A stretch of 55,252 nucleotides of DNA from a virus (IMGVR_UViG_3300037258_000366:1-55252), one strand, 5' to 3'. Counted from the stretch's first letter, positions 10,932-20,160 are shown. Made by a program: numbers and translations. The notes: a model not told the origin generated them from the letters alone.

Positions 10932-10948
10932 TAATATCCTGCCCGCTG

Positions 10949-10975
10949 AAAAATATTCTGCTTTTACTATATCAT
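10949..10975 (-). promoter_or_regulatory. Putative late promoter
   Basis: Minus strand ATGATATAGT-N5-CAGAATATTTTT, nearly identical to 25555..25581. Confidence 0.55.
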
Positions 10976-12570
10976 CTTTCGCGGCGGGATCTGTAAAGGA
11001 AGTTATCGTATTGCTCTACCTGATCTGTATTTTCCTCAGTCATCATAGACAATACGCAGGCCATAGATAATGAATCAGGATAATCATCATGAGCATCCAT
11101 TTCTTTAGGTGCTTCTGCCAGAAGATAAGGTCCCTTAAACAATATTTCCAGGTCTTCCATTTCCTGGCGGAATCTTCTGTAAACTTTAAGCTGCCGTACC
11201 TTAGCTCCTGCTGGCCATGATATCTGCCCTCTGTCTAATAGCTGCTTAAGATACTTCCACCTTACTGTCTGGTCAGACTGAGCAGCACCAAGCTCAACTA
11301 TCTCCGCATGAGGCATCATCAGCTTAAGTCTCTGAGCTACTACATCACCCAGGCCGCCAACATCAATGCCGATTTTCCACACATTGTAATTGGACAGGAA
11401 TTCAGTAATCCTGAAGTACTGTACTTCCCAGTCCTGTCCCTCAAGGTCAAGCCAGTTAAGTACATGATGATGGTAGAAGCCGAAAGGATCAGGATTGTTC
11501 CAGTCAACATAGAGAACCGTGACAATAGTCCTGTCCTGCTTTCTTCCGCAGTCTATCCCGGCAACTACAGGAGTCTGATGCCATGCGTGTACTACTGACT
11601 GCATAGACTTGTCCCCCAGATCATCAAGTCTTTCTGAGGTTGTGAACATACCCTTGTCGAGCAGCCACTGAATTCTGTAGGACAGCCTGAACTCATCAGA
11701 GTCCTCACCAAGACGGAGAAGCTCATTGTTAACGAATTTCTTGTATTCAGGATTAGCCTTAGCTGCTACTCGCCAGTCTATTTCGAAATGACTGTTCCTG
11801 TGTCCTGTCTTCGTGGCGTTTCTTTTGTTCCTCTGGATTTCCCGGTAGAAGACACCCTTATTATAAGATGGTGTCCCGGTGAATACCTTAGTTGCATTGG
11901 TGGCAGCGCCCATAGGCGAAACTCTGGCGTCAATTGTGTATGTGTCAGCAAACTGGCACTCATCAACTAAGATGATGTGATAGGTACGGCCTTCTATGGT
12001 CGCCCTTGGATGGCAGGTAGTCTTTCTTACTTCTGATTTACTGTTCTTCAGGACGAGTAATTTTCCTCTGCCGATAACTTGCTCATTGATCTCAGGATCG
12101 CTCATGATAACTTTAGCTGACTCAGAAGTAAGTCTTGCCACGATCCTGCCGTAGAGATTATCAGCCTGCTCCTCAACAGGAGCGAAAGCACCAACCTTTA
12201 CTCCCTCTTTAAACTTCCCGAGCCTTTCAGGGAATACCTTTGCGAGTCTCGGCATCATGATCATAGCTGTGGCTACAACATTAGATACAGTCTCAGTCTT
12301 TCCTGACTGCCTGGAGAACAGTGCAGTGATAGTAGCACCATCACCGATGATCAGAGACTCGAAGAATCTTCTGGCAAAGGGTTTCTGGTAGTCATAGAAG
12401 TTGTGCCCGCAGATGGCATCACATACAATCATCAGCCTGTCTGTCAGGTTGTCCACGAAGACTTTGCTGTTCTCATCAAGAACAACTTCTGATGAAAGTC
12501 TCGCTTCCCTCTCTGTCGCTGTCTCGTCAGCGAATTCCTCGTTATAGCCTTCCAGAATCGTGTCCATCAT
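10972..12570 (-). CDS. terL: Terminase large subunit
   Basis: Walker A SRQSGKT, Walker B IILVDECQ, motif III TGT, nuclease motifs GIDCGR and HDDYPDS. Confidence 0.93.
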   Translation of the reverse strand: MMDTILEGYNEEFADETATEREARLSSEVVLDENSKVFVDNLTDRLMIVCDAICGHNFYDYQKPFARRFFESLIIGDGATITALFSRQSGKTETVSNVVATAMIMMPRLAKVFPERLGKFKEGVKVGAFAPVEEQADNLYGRIVARLTSESAKVIMSDPEINEQVIGRGKLLVLKNSKSEVRKTTCHPRATIEGRTYHIILVDECQFADTYTIDARVSPMGAATNATKVFTGTPSYNKGVFYREIQRNKRNATKTGHRNSHFEIDWRVAAKANPEYKKFVNNELLRLGEDSDEFRLSYRIQWLLDKGMFTTSERLDDLGDKSMQSVVHAWHQTPVVAGIDCGRKQDRTIVTVLYVDWNNPDPFGFYHHHVLNWLDLEGQDWEVQYFRITEFLSNYNVWKIGIDVGGLGDVVAQRLKLMMPHAEIVELGAAQSDQTVRWKYLKQLLDRGQISWPAGAKVRQLKVYRRFRQEMEDLEILFKGPYLLAEAPKEMDAHDDYPDSLSMACVLSMMTEENTDQVEQYDNFLYRSRRER

Positions 12571-12590
12571 TTATGCCCCAAATAAAAATA

Positions 12591-12618
12591 GCCTTGAATA
12601 CTTGTACGTATTCAAGGC
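12591..12618 (-). terminator. Intrinsic terminator hairpin
   Basis: gccttgaatac-N6-gtattcaaggc followed by a T-rich tract on the minus strand. Confidence 0.6.
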
Positions 12619-12636
12619 TATCATAAATCTATTCGG

Positions 12637-12810
12637 TCAGTGGTTCCACTTCTTCGCATTCTCTGCGAAGATTATCTGCCTCTTTGTTGACTCTGAAGGA
12701 TGAGGACCAGGATTACTCTCATATGCTGAGAGAGATTTGCCAGCCGCTTTTGCTTTAGCAGTCAGCCTTCCCCTGTGAGACGGCTTGATATGAATTCCGC
12801 TATTCGACAT
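12637..12810 (-). CDS. Small basic phage protein
   Basis: MSNSGIHIKPSHRGRLTAKAK...FAENAKKWNH; start reassigned to the ATG at 12810. Confidence 0.7.
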   Translation of the reverse strand: MSNSGIHIKPSHRGRLTAKAKAAGKSLSAYESNPGPHPSESTKRQIIFAENAKKWNH

Positions 12811-13141
12811 TTTCTTCCAGCTTTCTCTGCTTCCTGAATTTGAACTGCGTCTTGACCACAAGCCACAAGTTCCATAGTGAGATACATCCTACAAACGCGA
12901 CTGCCCCAACCTGAAACCAGTACGTGCTGAGACTATTTGCAAAACTGAGACCGAAGACCCTGTTAAGTACGACTGGACTCAAAGCCAGTGCAATACCAAA
13001 ATCAAGTGAGATTCTGGCCCACCCTATTTCTCTCTTCCACCACGGTGTAAGGGCGGTGTATCCTATCATGAACAGGATAGCGGCAAAGAAAGCAAACTCC
13101 ACGATATTCGTGGAAAAACTAATTTCTGACGGGGTGACCAT
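12800..13141 (-). CDS. Holin-like membrane protein (3 TM)
   Basis: Three hydrophobic segments, PWW motif and basic C-terminus; part of an overlapping three-gene membrane cassette. Confidence 0.6.
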   Translation of the reverse strand: MVTPSEISFSTNIVEFAFFAAILFMIGYTALTPWWKREIGWARISLDFGIALALSPVVLNRVFGLSFANSLSTYWFQVGAVAFVGCISLWNLWLVVKTQFKFRKQRKLEENVE

Positions 13142-13322
13142 GTGCTTGTTTCCTTGCCTGAGTTAAAATTAGATCTTCCAGTTCATCAGCTATGTGATTT
13201 ACCCTGCGGATCTGATGAATATCTGCCAAAATTTGCTGAGACCTTCCAAGTCTTATCTCAGAAATTTCGCGCTGCTTTCTGGCCTCTATCAAATCAGGGC
13301 TAATCTTTCTTCTGGGCCACAT
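13119..13322 (-). CDS. Small protein of the lysis/membrane cassette
   Basis: MWPRRK...IRRVNHIADELE; overlaps both neighbours; start reassigned. Confidence 0.55.
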   Translation of the reverse strand: MWPRRKISPDLIEARKQREISEIRLGRSQQILADIHQIRRVNHIADELEDLILTQARKQAHGHPVRN

Positions 13323-13554
13323 CTGAACTCCTGGTTTGAAGAGCGAAGAGAACGTCTCTGGTTGTTGCTGCAGCAGCAGTAGCGGTATCCCCACGTTGTC
13401 TCTCTATTTCCAGTGCTCTCTTAAGCTCTTCGCATTCTTTCTTCTTATCGTCGTACACCCAGCCTGGCACAAGAATCTTGGTCAGGGTCATGATGTACAC
13501 CAATAGGGCAAGACCACCACCCGCCACGTAAGGCCAAAGTTCTTCAGTTCCCAT
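13300..13554 (-). CDS. Holin-like membrane protein (N-terminal TM plus coiled coil)
   Basis: GGGLALLVYIMTLTKILVPGWVY followed by a coiled coil. Confidence 0.6.
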   Translation of the reverse strand: MGTEELWPYVAGGGLALLVYIMTLTKILVPGWVYDDKKKECEELKRALEIERQRGDTATAAAATTRDVLFALQTRSSDVAQKKD

Positions 13555-13647
13555 TTAATCCAGCCTTTACATTACAAATGGCAGTACTCTACCAGTGTAC
13601 ATGAAATTCAGTATTGTCACAAACTAGTATAACATTTTGTAATTCGG

Positions 13648-13956
13648 TTAAGATGACTGCTTCTCTTCCAGTCTTTCCACGAGAGCCTGAAGACCTGACA
13701 CAGCGGTTTTAAGTTCTATAATGCTCACGGGATTTGCATCATGCCTGTAGTCATCTATGGCTTTTTCTATTCCGCTGGCTGCTGTACTTGCCCATTCCAG
13801 CATGTCGTGAATACTCATCTTCCTGGAATTAGTGACTGCTCTCCTGTAGTCAGGAGTGTCCCACAACTTCTCTATCCGCTCGTAAGTTTGCAGGGTCTTC
13901 TCTAGTTCCAGGATCTTCGCCCTCTGCCCGAAAAGTGCCGCCCTTGTCGCCTTCAA
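13648..13956 (-). CDS. Hypothetical protein (start uncertain)
   Basis: ORF track; helical coding-like composition. Confidence 0.55.
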   Translation of the reverse strand: MKATRAALFGQRAKILELEKTLQTYERIEKLWDTPDYRRAVTNSRKMSIHDMLEWASTAASGIEKAIDDYRHDANPVSIIELKTAVSGLQALVERLEEKQSS

Positions 13957-14245
13957 TTATTTTTCCTCTCATTGCAAACAGAAGCTGCTGTTCCTCAGTG
14001 AGCTTGCTCTCTCGCCATATACCTATCAGCAGGGCTTTGTTCCACCAGAAATGTATCATAACTGAGTGCAGGCATATCCTCCACGGATGCTCTATCTCTG
14101 TTACTGATGTTATCCACAATGGAGGAGTATACCATTTGACTTGCTGGAGTCCTGCGAACAGCTTATTTCCGTGCATCTGCGCCATGTGGCATGTCTTCCC
14201 ATTCCATTTTCTTTCCGTCTGCATCAAATATCCAGGTGTCTCCAT
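13850..14245 (-). CDS. Hypothetical protein (start uncertain)
   Basis: ORF track; packed in the minus-strand operon. Confidence 0.5.
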   Translation of the reverse strand: METPGYLMQTERKWNGKTCHMAQMHGNKLFAGLQQVKWYTPPLWITSVTEIEHPWRICLHSVMIHFWWNKALLIGIWRESKLTEEQQLLFAMRGKIIEGDKGGTFRAEGEDPGTREDPANLRADREVVGHS

Positions 14246-14396
14246 TCGGAGCTAAGACCAGTTTCCATCCATTACTCAGTTCAAGCATTACTCCCGAGTC
14301 TTCATTAAGATACAAACCTGGGATAACTATATCTCCGTCAAGACTTTTGTGAACTCCTGTGAAAATCTTCATTCCTTTTTCAGTTGATCCGCTCAT
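14163..14396 (-). CDS. Hypothetical protein
   Basis: GGAGG SD upstream; overlaps the KTSC gene end. Confidence 0.55.
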   Translation of the reverse strand: MSGSTEKGMKIFTGVHKSLDGDIVIPGLYLNEDSGVMLELSNGWKLVLAPNGDTWIFDADGKKMEWEDMPHGADARK

Positions 14397-14793
14397 ATCC
14401 GTATGCCTCCAGTGTTGTATTTATAAAACGCCCCGGACTATTAGCTCTGCGAAAAGCCATAGCAATATTAGGAGGAACAGGCTTAGAAGTACCATAATCA
14501 TACAGCGCTCCGTCAGTATAGAACTCTACCCTGAGTATTCCCCTCCTCTTGTCATATCCAGCAGCGGCAGTTCTTCTGTGATTGTACCCATTCGCTGGCC
14601 ATGAGGTATGAGTAGGATCATATGTTAAAGGTATGAACTCATCTTCAGCCTCAAACGCAGCGAATCTTTTGGGCTCAATTTTCTGGGATACCTTTTGCTC
14701 AGTATACCCGTACTGCTTAGGATTACGCCTTTTTACTCGCTGCTGTTCTGCTGCGATGTTAACGTTGCCTGCTGAGTTTCTTTTTCTAGCCAT
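14380..14793 (-). CDS. KTSC domain protein
   Basis: AGYDKRRGILRVEFYTDGALYDY...VPPNIAMAFRRANSPGRFIN fits the KTSC pattern. Confidence 0.8.
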   Translation of the reverse strand: MARKRNSAGNVNIAAEQQRVKRRNPKQYGYTEQKVSQKIEPKRFAAFEAEDEFIPLTYDPTHTSWPANGYNHRRTAAAGYDKRRGILRVEFYTDGALYDYGTSKPVPPNIAMAFRRANSPGRFINTTLEAYGYERIN

Positions 14794-14896
14794 TTCTTCC
14801 TCTTAAGATACTTCCAGGGCTCCCAGCCGTGAAGCATTGCTCCACCAGCCATAGCTATAAACGCTTGTACTATAAACCATATCCAAGTTTCCTTTA

Positions 14897-15100
14897 TCAT
14901 TTCTTCCTCCATCGCTTGGGTAGTCTGACCTGTTCGGCTTCTCTGGAAGATTTATAATTATCTTTCATTTTCTTGTACCGATTTCTTATCCCGAATCCTG
15001 CGGCAGCAAGACCTGAGTTGACCAAGGTGGCTTGTATATAGCTTGGCCACTTGAAGACATTCCACCAAGGATTATCCGGTGGTGGTATGTGTTTATGCAT
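14897..15100 (-). CDS. Small membrane protein
   Basis: GGAGG SD; one hydrophobic segment. Confidence 0.55.
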   Translation of the reverse strand: MHKHIPPPDNPWWNVFKWPSYIQATLVNSGLAAAGFGIRNRYKKMKDNYKSSREAEQVRLPKRWRKK

Positions 15101-15102
15101 TT

Positions 15103-15384
15103 TTAACCTCCTTGTGCTGTCCAGCCCTTCCTTATATTCTTTCCCATCTCATCTTCATAGTCAAAATGCGGGCAGTTCTTGGCCATAGATGTATGCTCAC
15201 CATCAGGACCGAATCTGCAAACCTCAGTGTACAGTCTCTGAGGAGGACCCACATAAGATCCTCTTTCTACTGCCTCTTCCCAGAATTTCTCTTTAGGATC
15301 TGATGGCTCCTCATCAAGGTTCTCTATCTCAGCCAATTTCGGGGGAAGTGTTTTCTCCCACGGATCTTCTACCCAGCCGCTCAT
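15103..15384 (-). CDS. Hypothetical protein
   Basis: ORF track; operon packing. Confidence 0.55.
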   Translation of the reverse strand: MSGWVEDPWEKTLPPKLAEIENLDEEPSDPKEKFWEEAVERGSYVGPPQRLYTEVCRFGPDGEHTSMAKNCPHFDYEDEMGKNIRKGWTAQGG

Positions 15385-15727
15385 ACCACAACCTGTAGTA
15401 TTCCTTTCCTATATCAGAAGTGTTCCAGTCCTGGAGAATAACTCTCTCAGTACTTAATTCTATGGTACGCCATCCCAGATCAGAAGCTACAGCTACTCTG
15501 TGGATTCCGTCTTTCAGCCGCTCTTTGTCTTTTGACACATGAAGTGGGGCAAGCTGCCCGTAGTACTTCATGGAGTCTTTCAGCATATGATACTGATCTG
15601 TCTTGCAGGACAGGATCTCCATGTATATATCAGGCAGCTTGTCGCTTACAGAAAACCTCACCTGATCAGGGTTGCAGAACATGCTTCCCAAATCCATTAC
15701 TTCTTTCATGCTTACTGTATAAATCAT
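15329..15727 (-). CDS. ParB/Srx-like N-terminal domain protein
   Basis: LKDSMKYYGQLAPLHV...LKDGIHRVAVA (DGxHR motif). Confidence 0.7.
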   Translation of the reverse strand: MIYTVSMKEVMDLGSMFCNPDQVRFSVSDKLPDIYMEILSCKTDQYHMLKDSMKYYGQLAPLHVSKDKERLKDGIHRVAVASDLGWRTIELSTERVILQDWNTSDIGKEYYRLWYERLGRRSVGENTSPEIG

Positions 15728-16752
15728 CCCGCTACTTCTGTAATACCTGTCCCGAAATCTCTCTTGTTACTCCTGCTCCACTTACCGCAATTTCTGCACA
15801 CGAATCTCTGGAACCTGGATACTGTAGTATACGCGTATCCTCTTCGCTCAATGTTCTTGCTGCCGCAATTAGGGCAGGAGAACATCTGTCCAGTATATGT
15901 ACCCATTCCAGGATGCTGCTGTATCCACGGCTGGAGTTTATAGTAAAGTTCTTTTAATATTTTGGTGTCATTTACATTATAGTCCCTGAATATATCCCAG
16001 TAATAAGGACTATTATCCATTACACCTAACCACGTTTCAGATCCTACAGAACCCTTTGACGGGATTTTTAACTGTTCGGTGACATAAGACAGCTTGTTAG
16101 ACGGGAACCCGAACTTCTTAACCGCAAGACACAAGTCAATCTGCTTGAACGGAGAAGGTGGCAAATCACCACGTTTCAGGAATTCTGTATTTATATTTGG
16201 CACATCAAAAGCCTTGCCGTAATAATGTATTACTACATCAGCTTCGTCTAGTAGCTGCCACAGGGCATCCATCATAGCTGGCCTGCCATTATGATACTCG
16301 GACGCGAAGATTATCTTATCTTCATCAATCCAGTTTGCGGAGAAGCACAGCATTTTAGTTGGCTTCACAATATACTGCGGCCATATCTCAGCGTCATGTA
16401 TCTTCCATGTCCATGCCAGATTAGGACTCATCTCGATATCTAAGAGGAGTATTCTGGGACGCGCTGAGACGGCCTCTGCCGGTTCTGGTTTGGCCGTCCA
16501 TGTTGGTAGTCGGACAGGAGCAGGAAGCCTCTCAGGTTTGCTCTCAGGGCCGTCTAGGGCTACTCTGGATTCTCTCCACCTGCGTACGCTGTGACGGGTT
16601 GTTGTAAAGTTAAGATGATCTTTATGCACGTTCTGCAAGTTTTCGCAGTAAGAACTAATTCCTTCTGCTGCTTCTGTGTTAGTGATACTTAAATCTTCAA
16701 GCACTTCCCTGACTTCGAAATTTGCTTCAGAGAGTTCTTTCAGTGTTGTCAT
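15724..16752 (-). CDS. RNase H-fold (DEDD/DnaQ-like) 3'-5' exonuclease with C-terminal zinc ribbon
   Basis: LDIEMSP, YYGKAFDVP, YNVNDT; CPNC...CRNC. Start moved to 16752 because the annotated start lies inside a terminator palindrome. Confidence 0.85.
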   Translation of the reverse strand: MTTLKELSEANFEVREVLEDLSITNTEAAEGISSYCENLQNVHKDHLNFTTTRHSVRRWRESRVALDGPESKPERLPAPVRLPTWTAKPEPAEAVSARPRILLLDIEMSPNLAWTWKIHDAEIWPQYIVKPTKMLCFSANWIDEDKIIFASEYHNGRPAMMDALWQLLDEADVVIHYYGKAFDVPNINTEFLKRGDLPPSPFKQIDLCLAVKKFGFPSNKLSYVTEQLKIPSKGSVGSETWLGVMDNSPYYWDIFRDYNVNDTKILKELYYKLQPWIQQHPGMGTYTGQMFSCPNCGSKNIERRGYAYTTVSRFQRFVCRNCGKWSRSNKRDFGTGITEVAG

Positions 16753-16780
16753 GTAGTTTTCCAATTGGTAGACAAATAAA

Positions 16781-16808
16781 AAAGGCACTTCCTTAAGGAA
16801 GTGCCTTT
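16781..16808 (-). terminator. Intrinsic terminator ending the tRNA transcript
   Basis: Perfect 28-bp palindrome aaaggcacttccttaaggaagtgccttt followed by a U-tract on the minus strand. Confidence 0.75.
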
Positions 16809-16828
16809 GAGAGGAACGTCTTCCTCAG

Positions 16829-16900
16829 TAGACCGAGGGAATTTTGAAATCCCGACTTCTGCTTTGTAGGAGCAGCGCTCTGCCTCTGAGCTACCGATCT
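16829..16900 (-). tRNA. tRNA-Val(TAC), atypical C33 and T-arm
   Basis: Cloverleaf; anticodon arm ctgct-CCTACAA-agcag. Confidence 0.8.
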
Positions 16901-17240
16901 ATAGTGGCAAATATAGCCTGCCAGAGATGTTAAGCAAATTTGACACGTTTTCTTTTTTGACGATTAAAAGATCCTCTACAGAAGACAGAAAGAATCTTGC
17001 TTGTCTGTATGCAAAGACAAGATAGTGATTTATGCCATGATCTGCTACTTGTGGTTTAGCATAAATTTTTCCAAATCCGTAGAGTTCCTGTATCCAGACT
17101 AGCGGCTTAGTGTCGTTCTGATATATTTTAGCCGACAGTCTAGGATATCTTATTCCATTAGACGCTTTGACGTTGCTTAGATATGCACTTCCTTCACCAT
17201 CAAAAAATCCTGCTATATATGCAAGTTCTGTGTCGTTCAT
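16899..17240 (-). mobile_element. Free-standing LAGLIDADG homing endonuclease gene (single motif)
   Basis: LAYIAGFFDGEGS motif; lies between tRNA-Glu and tRNA-Val; TGATATAAT with -10 six nt before the ATG (leaderless). Confidence 0.85.
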
Positions 17241-17275
17241 ACATCTATTATATCATATCTCACAAACAGATACGG

Positions 17276-17346
17276 CGCCTCTTAGGGGGATTGAACCCCT
17301 GCCGTCTGGCTGAGAACCAGATGATCTGCCATTAATCTAAAGAGGC
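17276..17346 (-). tRNA. tRNA-Glu(CTC)
   Basis: tctgg-TTCTCAG-ccaga; T-loop TTCAATC. Confidence 0.9.
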
Positions 17347-17373
17347 TTGACCGGCATTTCTGCCGGGTTAAAC

Positions 17374-18075
17374 TTAAACTGCTGGACCGAAATGAACACG
17401 AACTTCCTGGCTGTCTACAGCAGAACCACCGTTGAATACGGCAGTCTCTACCTTAGGCTGAGTTGCTGAAGCTGCTGTTGCAACTAGCGGATTGGAAAAG
17501 TTATTACTTCCTCCGTTAATTGCCCATGTTGTTCCTGATGAAGTGTTTCCGCCTGGCAGAGTGCTTGAAAGAATCCACACTGTGTCAGCAGCTACACCAC
17601 AAGGCTCTAGTCTCAGCTTCCATCCTGAAACAGCATTATCGTTGTTCCATGTGCCTACGCACATTGACTCGTCGCCGCCCTTATTTGGGTTAAACGCTAT
17701 CTCGTAAGTATCCGCGTTCATAAGACCGGCGATCTTCATTGCATGGCACTGGTTGTTGGTGAAAAGTGATCCTGTGTAAGCTGTTCCATTGATTGGATCA
17801 CAGTAAAGATCCTTAACCTCACCAACATTCTCCGGACTGAAATCTTCCTTCGATGCGGCATTACTTGCCGGGCGAAGATAGATCGCATTATTCGAATTTG
17901 TCAGTCCTGAGTGATCAGCCAGAATATCAGAGCGACCCTGGCTCACGAAACTTACATCAACACAAGCAGGTCCGCAAGCTGTTGTTGCAGCACTGGCGCT
18001 AGTTACGCCGAGTGCTACAGGAGCAAGTACGAGCGCAAGAGCACCAACACCTGCTGCAAATCTTTTTCCAATCAT
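17374..18075 (-). CDS. Secreted protein with signal peptide (actinobacterial type, possibly lectin-like)
   Basis: MIGKRFAAGVGALALVLAPVALGVTSASA signal; multiple Cys. Confidence 0.7.
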   Translation of the reverse strand: MIGKRFAAGVGALALVLAPVALGVTSASAATTACGPACVDVSFVSQGRSDILADHSGLTNSNNAIYLRPASNAASKEDFSPENVGEVKDLYCDPINGTAYTGSLFTNNQCHAMKIAGLMNADTYEIAFNPNKGGDESMCVGTWNNDNAVSGWKLRLEPCGVAADTVWILSSTLPGGNTSSGTTWAINGGSNNFSNPLVATAASATQPKVETAVFNGGSAVDSQEVRVHFGPAV

Positions 18076-18135
18076 TTTATCTCCGTATATCTATATAGAT
18101 TGCGAGGGACAAAATGCCCTCTTTATTTTACTGCG

Positions 18136-18208
18136 TACGTCCTATAGGATTTGAACCTATGATCCATCGGGTAAGAGCCGATTGCATTAACCACTGTGCT
18201 AAGGACGC
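18136..18208 (-). tRNA. tRNA-Lys(CTT)
   Basis: atcgg-CTCTTAC-ccgat. Confidence 0.92.
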
Positions 18209-18209
18209 T

Positions 18210-18306
18210 TGGTGGGCAGTGCCTTATTCCCCGATTAGATCATAAGGACCGGCAGACATGATCACATCTGTTATTCCGGCACGCCTTTCTTCAAGGGGCA
18301 CTACCA
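18210..18306 (-). ncRNA. Candidate structured RNA (multi-helix junction ending in CCA)
   Basis: Fills the whole Ser-Lys spacer; helices agtgc/gcact, cctt/aagg, ccgg/ccgg with inner caga/tctg, ccttat/ataagg. Confidence 0.4.
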
Positions 18307-18308
18307 CG

Positions 18309-18395
18309 CGGAAGATGAGAGATTCGAACTCCCAGAGGCTCATTACTTCCTCTACGGTTTTCAAGACCGCTACACGCACCAATGTTAGATCTTCC
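18309..18395 (-). tRNA. tRNA-Ser(TGA)
   Basis: gcggt-CTTGAAA-accgt; long variable arm. Confidence 0.9.
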
Positions 18396-18456
18396 ATTTA
18401 TGCTGCATGCCCGGCCCTCAAGTGGCGCGGTTAGGAGATGGCAGCCTCATCTCTTG

Positions 18457-18543
18457 CGGAAGTTACAGGATTTGAACCTGTGAGAGTGTTACCTCTGGCA
18501 GTTTAGCAAACTGCTGCCATAAACCTGACTAGGCGAAACTTCC
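18457..18543 (-). tRNA. tRNA-Ser(GCT)
   Basis: gcagt-TTGCTAA-actgc; long variable arm. Confidence 0.92.
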
Positions 18544-18604
18544 ATTAGAGAGAAATTCGTTTCTTTATCCGGACTCGACTAGGCCATTCGAGCGAATTTC
18601 TCAG

Positions 18605-18675
18605 AGCGCTATGCCAGGATTGAACTGGCGACATCAGATTGGAAGTCTGAAGTTTTACCACTAAACTAATAGCGC
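18605..18675 (-). tRNA. tRNA-Gly(TCC)
   Basis: tcaga-CTTCCAA-tctga. Confidence 0.92.
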
Positions 18676-18698
18676 ATGTTTGGGTGTCACACAGAACC

Positions 18699-18727
18699 AG
18701 TCTAGCATGACACCCACATCTTGTCAA
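18699..18727 (-). promoter_or_regulatory. Principal-sigma (HrdB/sigma70-type) promoter
   Basis: TTGACA-N17-TAGACT. Confidence 0.8.
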
Positions 18728-18741
18728 GCCTTACTTAATGC

Positions 18742-19098
18742 TTACTTCTCTGGCGGGAAAATCCGCTTATTCAGAATCGGGAAGCCAGCATTGTCATAAC
18801 GAGAATCACCATTAGCCTGAACGGCAACTAATGACCGTGCTCTGCTCGTATGAAGCCGCAGGAACCACTGAGTACCACAGACATCTTCCCAGACTTCACC
18901 AGCCTTAGGAGCCTCCTTAATCAGGGTCACACCCACTGGGGGATTACCTTCGCCAACATAAAACAAGTGATAGAGTCCAGATTCCGTGTTCCTAATCTGA
19001 GCCCAGTTATGCGGGACTAACATCCTTGACGGATAGCCTCCCCAGCCTGGATCATCCATAACACCATCGAATTCAACATGTACTTTCTGAGTCTTCAT
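18742..19098 (-). CDS. Hypothetical protein (KVxVxFxG...GxVW paralog family)
   Basis: GGAGG SD; motifs shared with 28328, 32422 and 52342. Confidence 0.65.
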   Translation of the reverse strand: MKTQKVHVEFDGVMDDPGWGGYPSRMLVPHNWAQIRNTESGLYHLFYVGEGNPPVGVTLIKEAPKAGEVWEDVCGTQWFLRLHTSRARSLVAVQANGDSRYDNAGFPILNKRIFPPEK

Positions 19099-19107
19099 TT
19101 TCCCTCC

Positions 19108-19404
19108 TTACGGATTTGCTCCTACTTTGATTGTGAAAGGTGCGCTGCAACTGCTCTGTATCGCCCACCATCCCAGATATCTCTGGGAATTTGCAGGAGG
19201 ACCATCAGGATAGTACTTGGCAATCCACGCACCATTTTCCCACATTATGGAACTAGGAAGATCATAAGACGGGCAATGGTACGGTGAGAGCTTATCGAAT
19301 ACCTGAAAGCCTGCATGAGATGAGGCTACTGGCCCGATTCCCTCGTATGTTAATCCCGCACATATGATCAGTATTACTGCTAATGTTCCTAATAGTTTCC
19401 TCAT
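19108..19404 (-). CDS. Secreted or membrane-anchored protein
   Basis: N-terminal hydrophobic signal. Confidence 0.6.
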   Translation of the reverse strand: MRKLLGTLAVILIICAGLTYEGIGPVASSHAGFQVFDKLSPYHCPSYDLPSSIMWENGAWIAKYYPDGPPANSQRYLGWWAIQSSCSAPFTIKVGANP

Positions 19405-19564
19405 AGGCTACTTCTTTTTAGAAGGAGCAACACCAGCCAGCCCGAAAACCAGCAGAATGACACCGAGAATGGAAATAACAACCTTGGCAGCCTTGCTGCC
19501 GTGAACCTTAGTGCGTAGAGCCTTCATTTTTCCTCCTTATTAGTGGTTAACTGTTAACCTGCAA

Positions 19565-20077
19565 TTACTGAGTGCTTCCTGTCTGGCAGGCGGTAACACT
19601 TACTGACTGTGCCAGGTCAACACCCTTGAATGTCGCACCCGTCTGAACCTTACGCGAATCCTGGTTAAACGCCTGAGCGGCAGAAATACATATTTGCTGT
19701 GATCCTGTAACTGCTGCCTGATCCTGTCCCTGCAACTGTGTCAAATTGCCTGTAGGATCTGCTGAAATCTGCGCTGGAGTGTACTCTTTCTCAAATGCCT
19801 TCAGCATGTTGATGTTTGTCTTAACAGCACCAAGATCGGTCTCATAAGTTCCGTACTCATTGTAGAACTTGTCATATTGCGCGATTCTGTTCTGTGCTGT
19901 GTTAACCTGCGACTTTTCCTGAAGCTTGCTTACCGTAGGTGACAGGGATGCATTAAGGAAGAGTCCTCCCAGATGCAGTCCAACGCCAAGAGCAACCAGA
20001 AGGATAAGACCAGCAATTGAGAAGCCGGTGATCTTTCCTCCGCGAATGCTTCCGTCCGCTCTAGTGAAATTAAACAT
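19565..20077 (-). CDS. Membrane-anchored protein
   Basis: GGAGG SD, N-terminal TM helix, own promoter. Confidence 0.7.
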   Translation of the reverse strand: MFNFTRADGSIRGGKITGFSIAGLILLVALGVGLHLGGLFLNASLSPTVSKLQEKSQVNTAQNRIAQYDKFYNEYGTYETDLGAVKTNINMLKAFEKEYTPAQISADPTGNLTQLQGQDQAAVTGSQQICISAAQAFNQDSRKVQTGATFKGVDLAQSVSVTACQTGSTQ

Positions 20078-20115
20078 TTATTACCTCCGATGTGGCCGTG
20101 TCTCTGATACCGTCA

Positions 20116-20144
20116 AGGCTACCAGAGACACGGGCCGTTGTCAA
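20116..20144 (-). promoter_or_regulatory. Principal-sigma promoter
   Basis: TTGACA-N17-TAGCCT. Confidence 0.75.
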
Positions 20145-20160
20145 GGGTCAATCTTCCCCG

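Noticed and set aside
16899-17240. Group I intron or intein hosting the LAGLIDADG ORFs
   Set aside because: The flanking tRNAs are intact and there is no room for an intron core; no intein splice motifs; treated as free-standing
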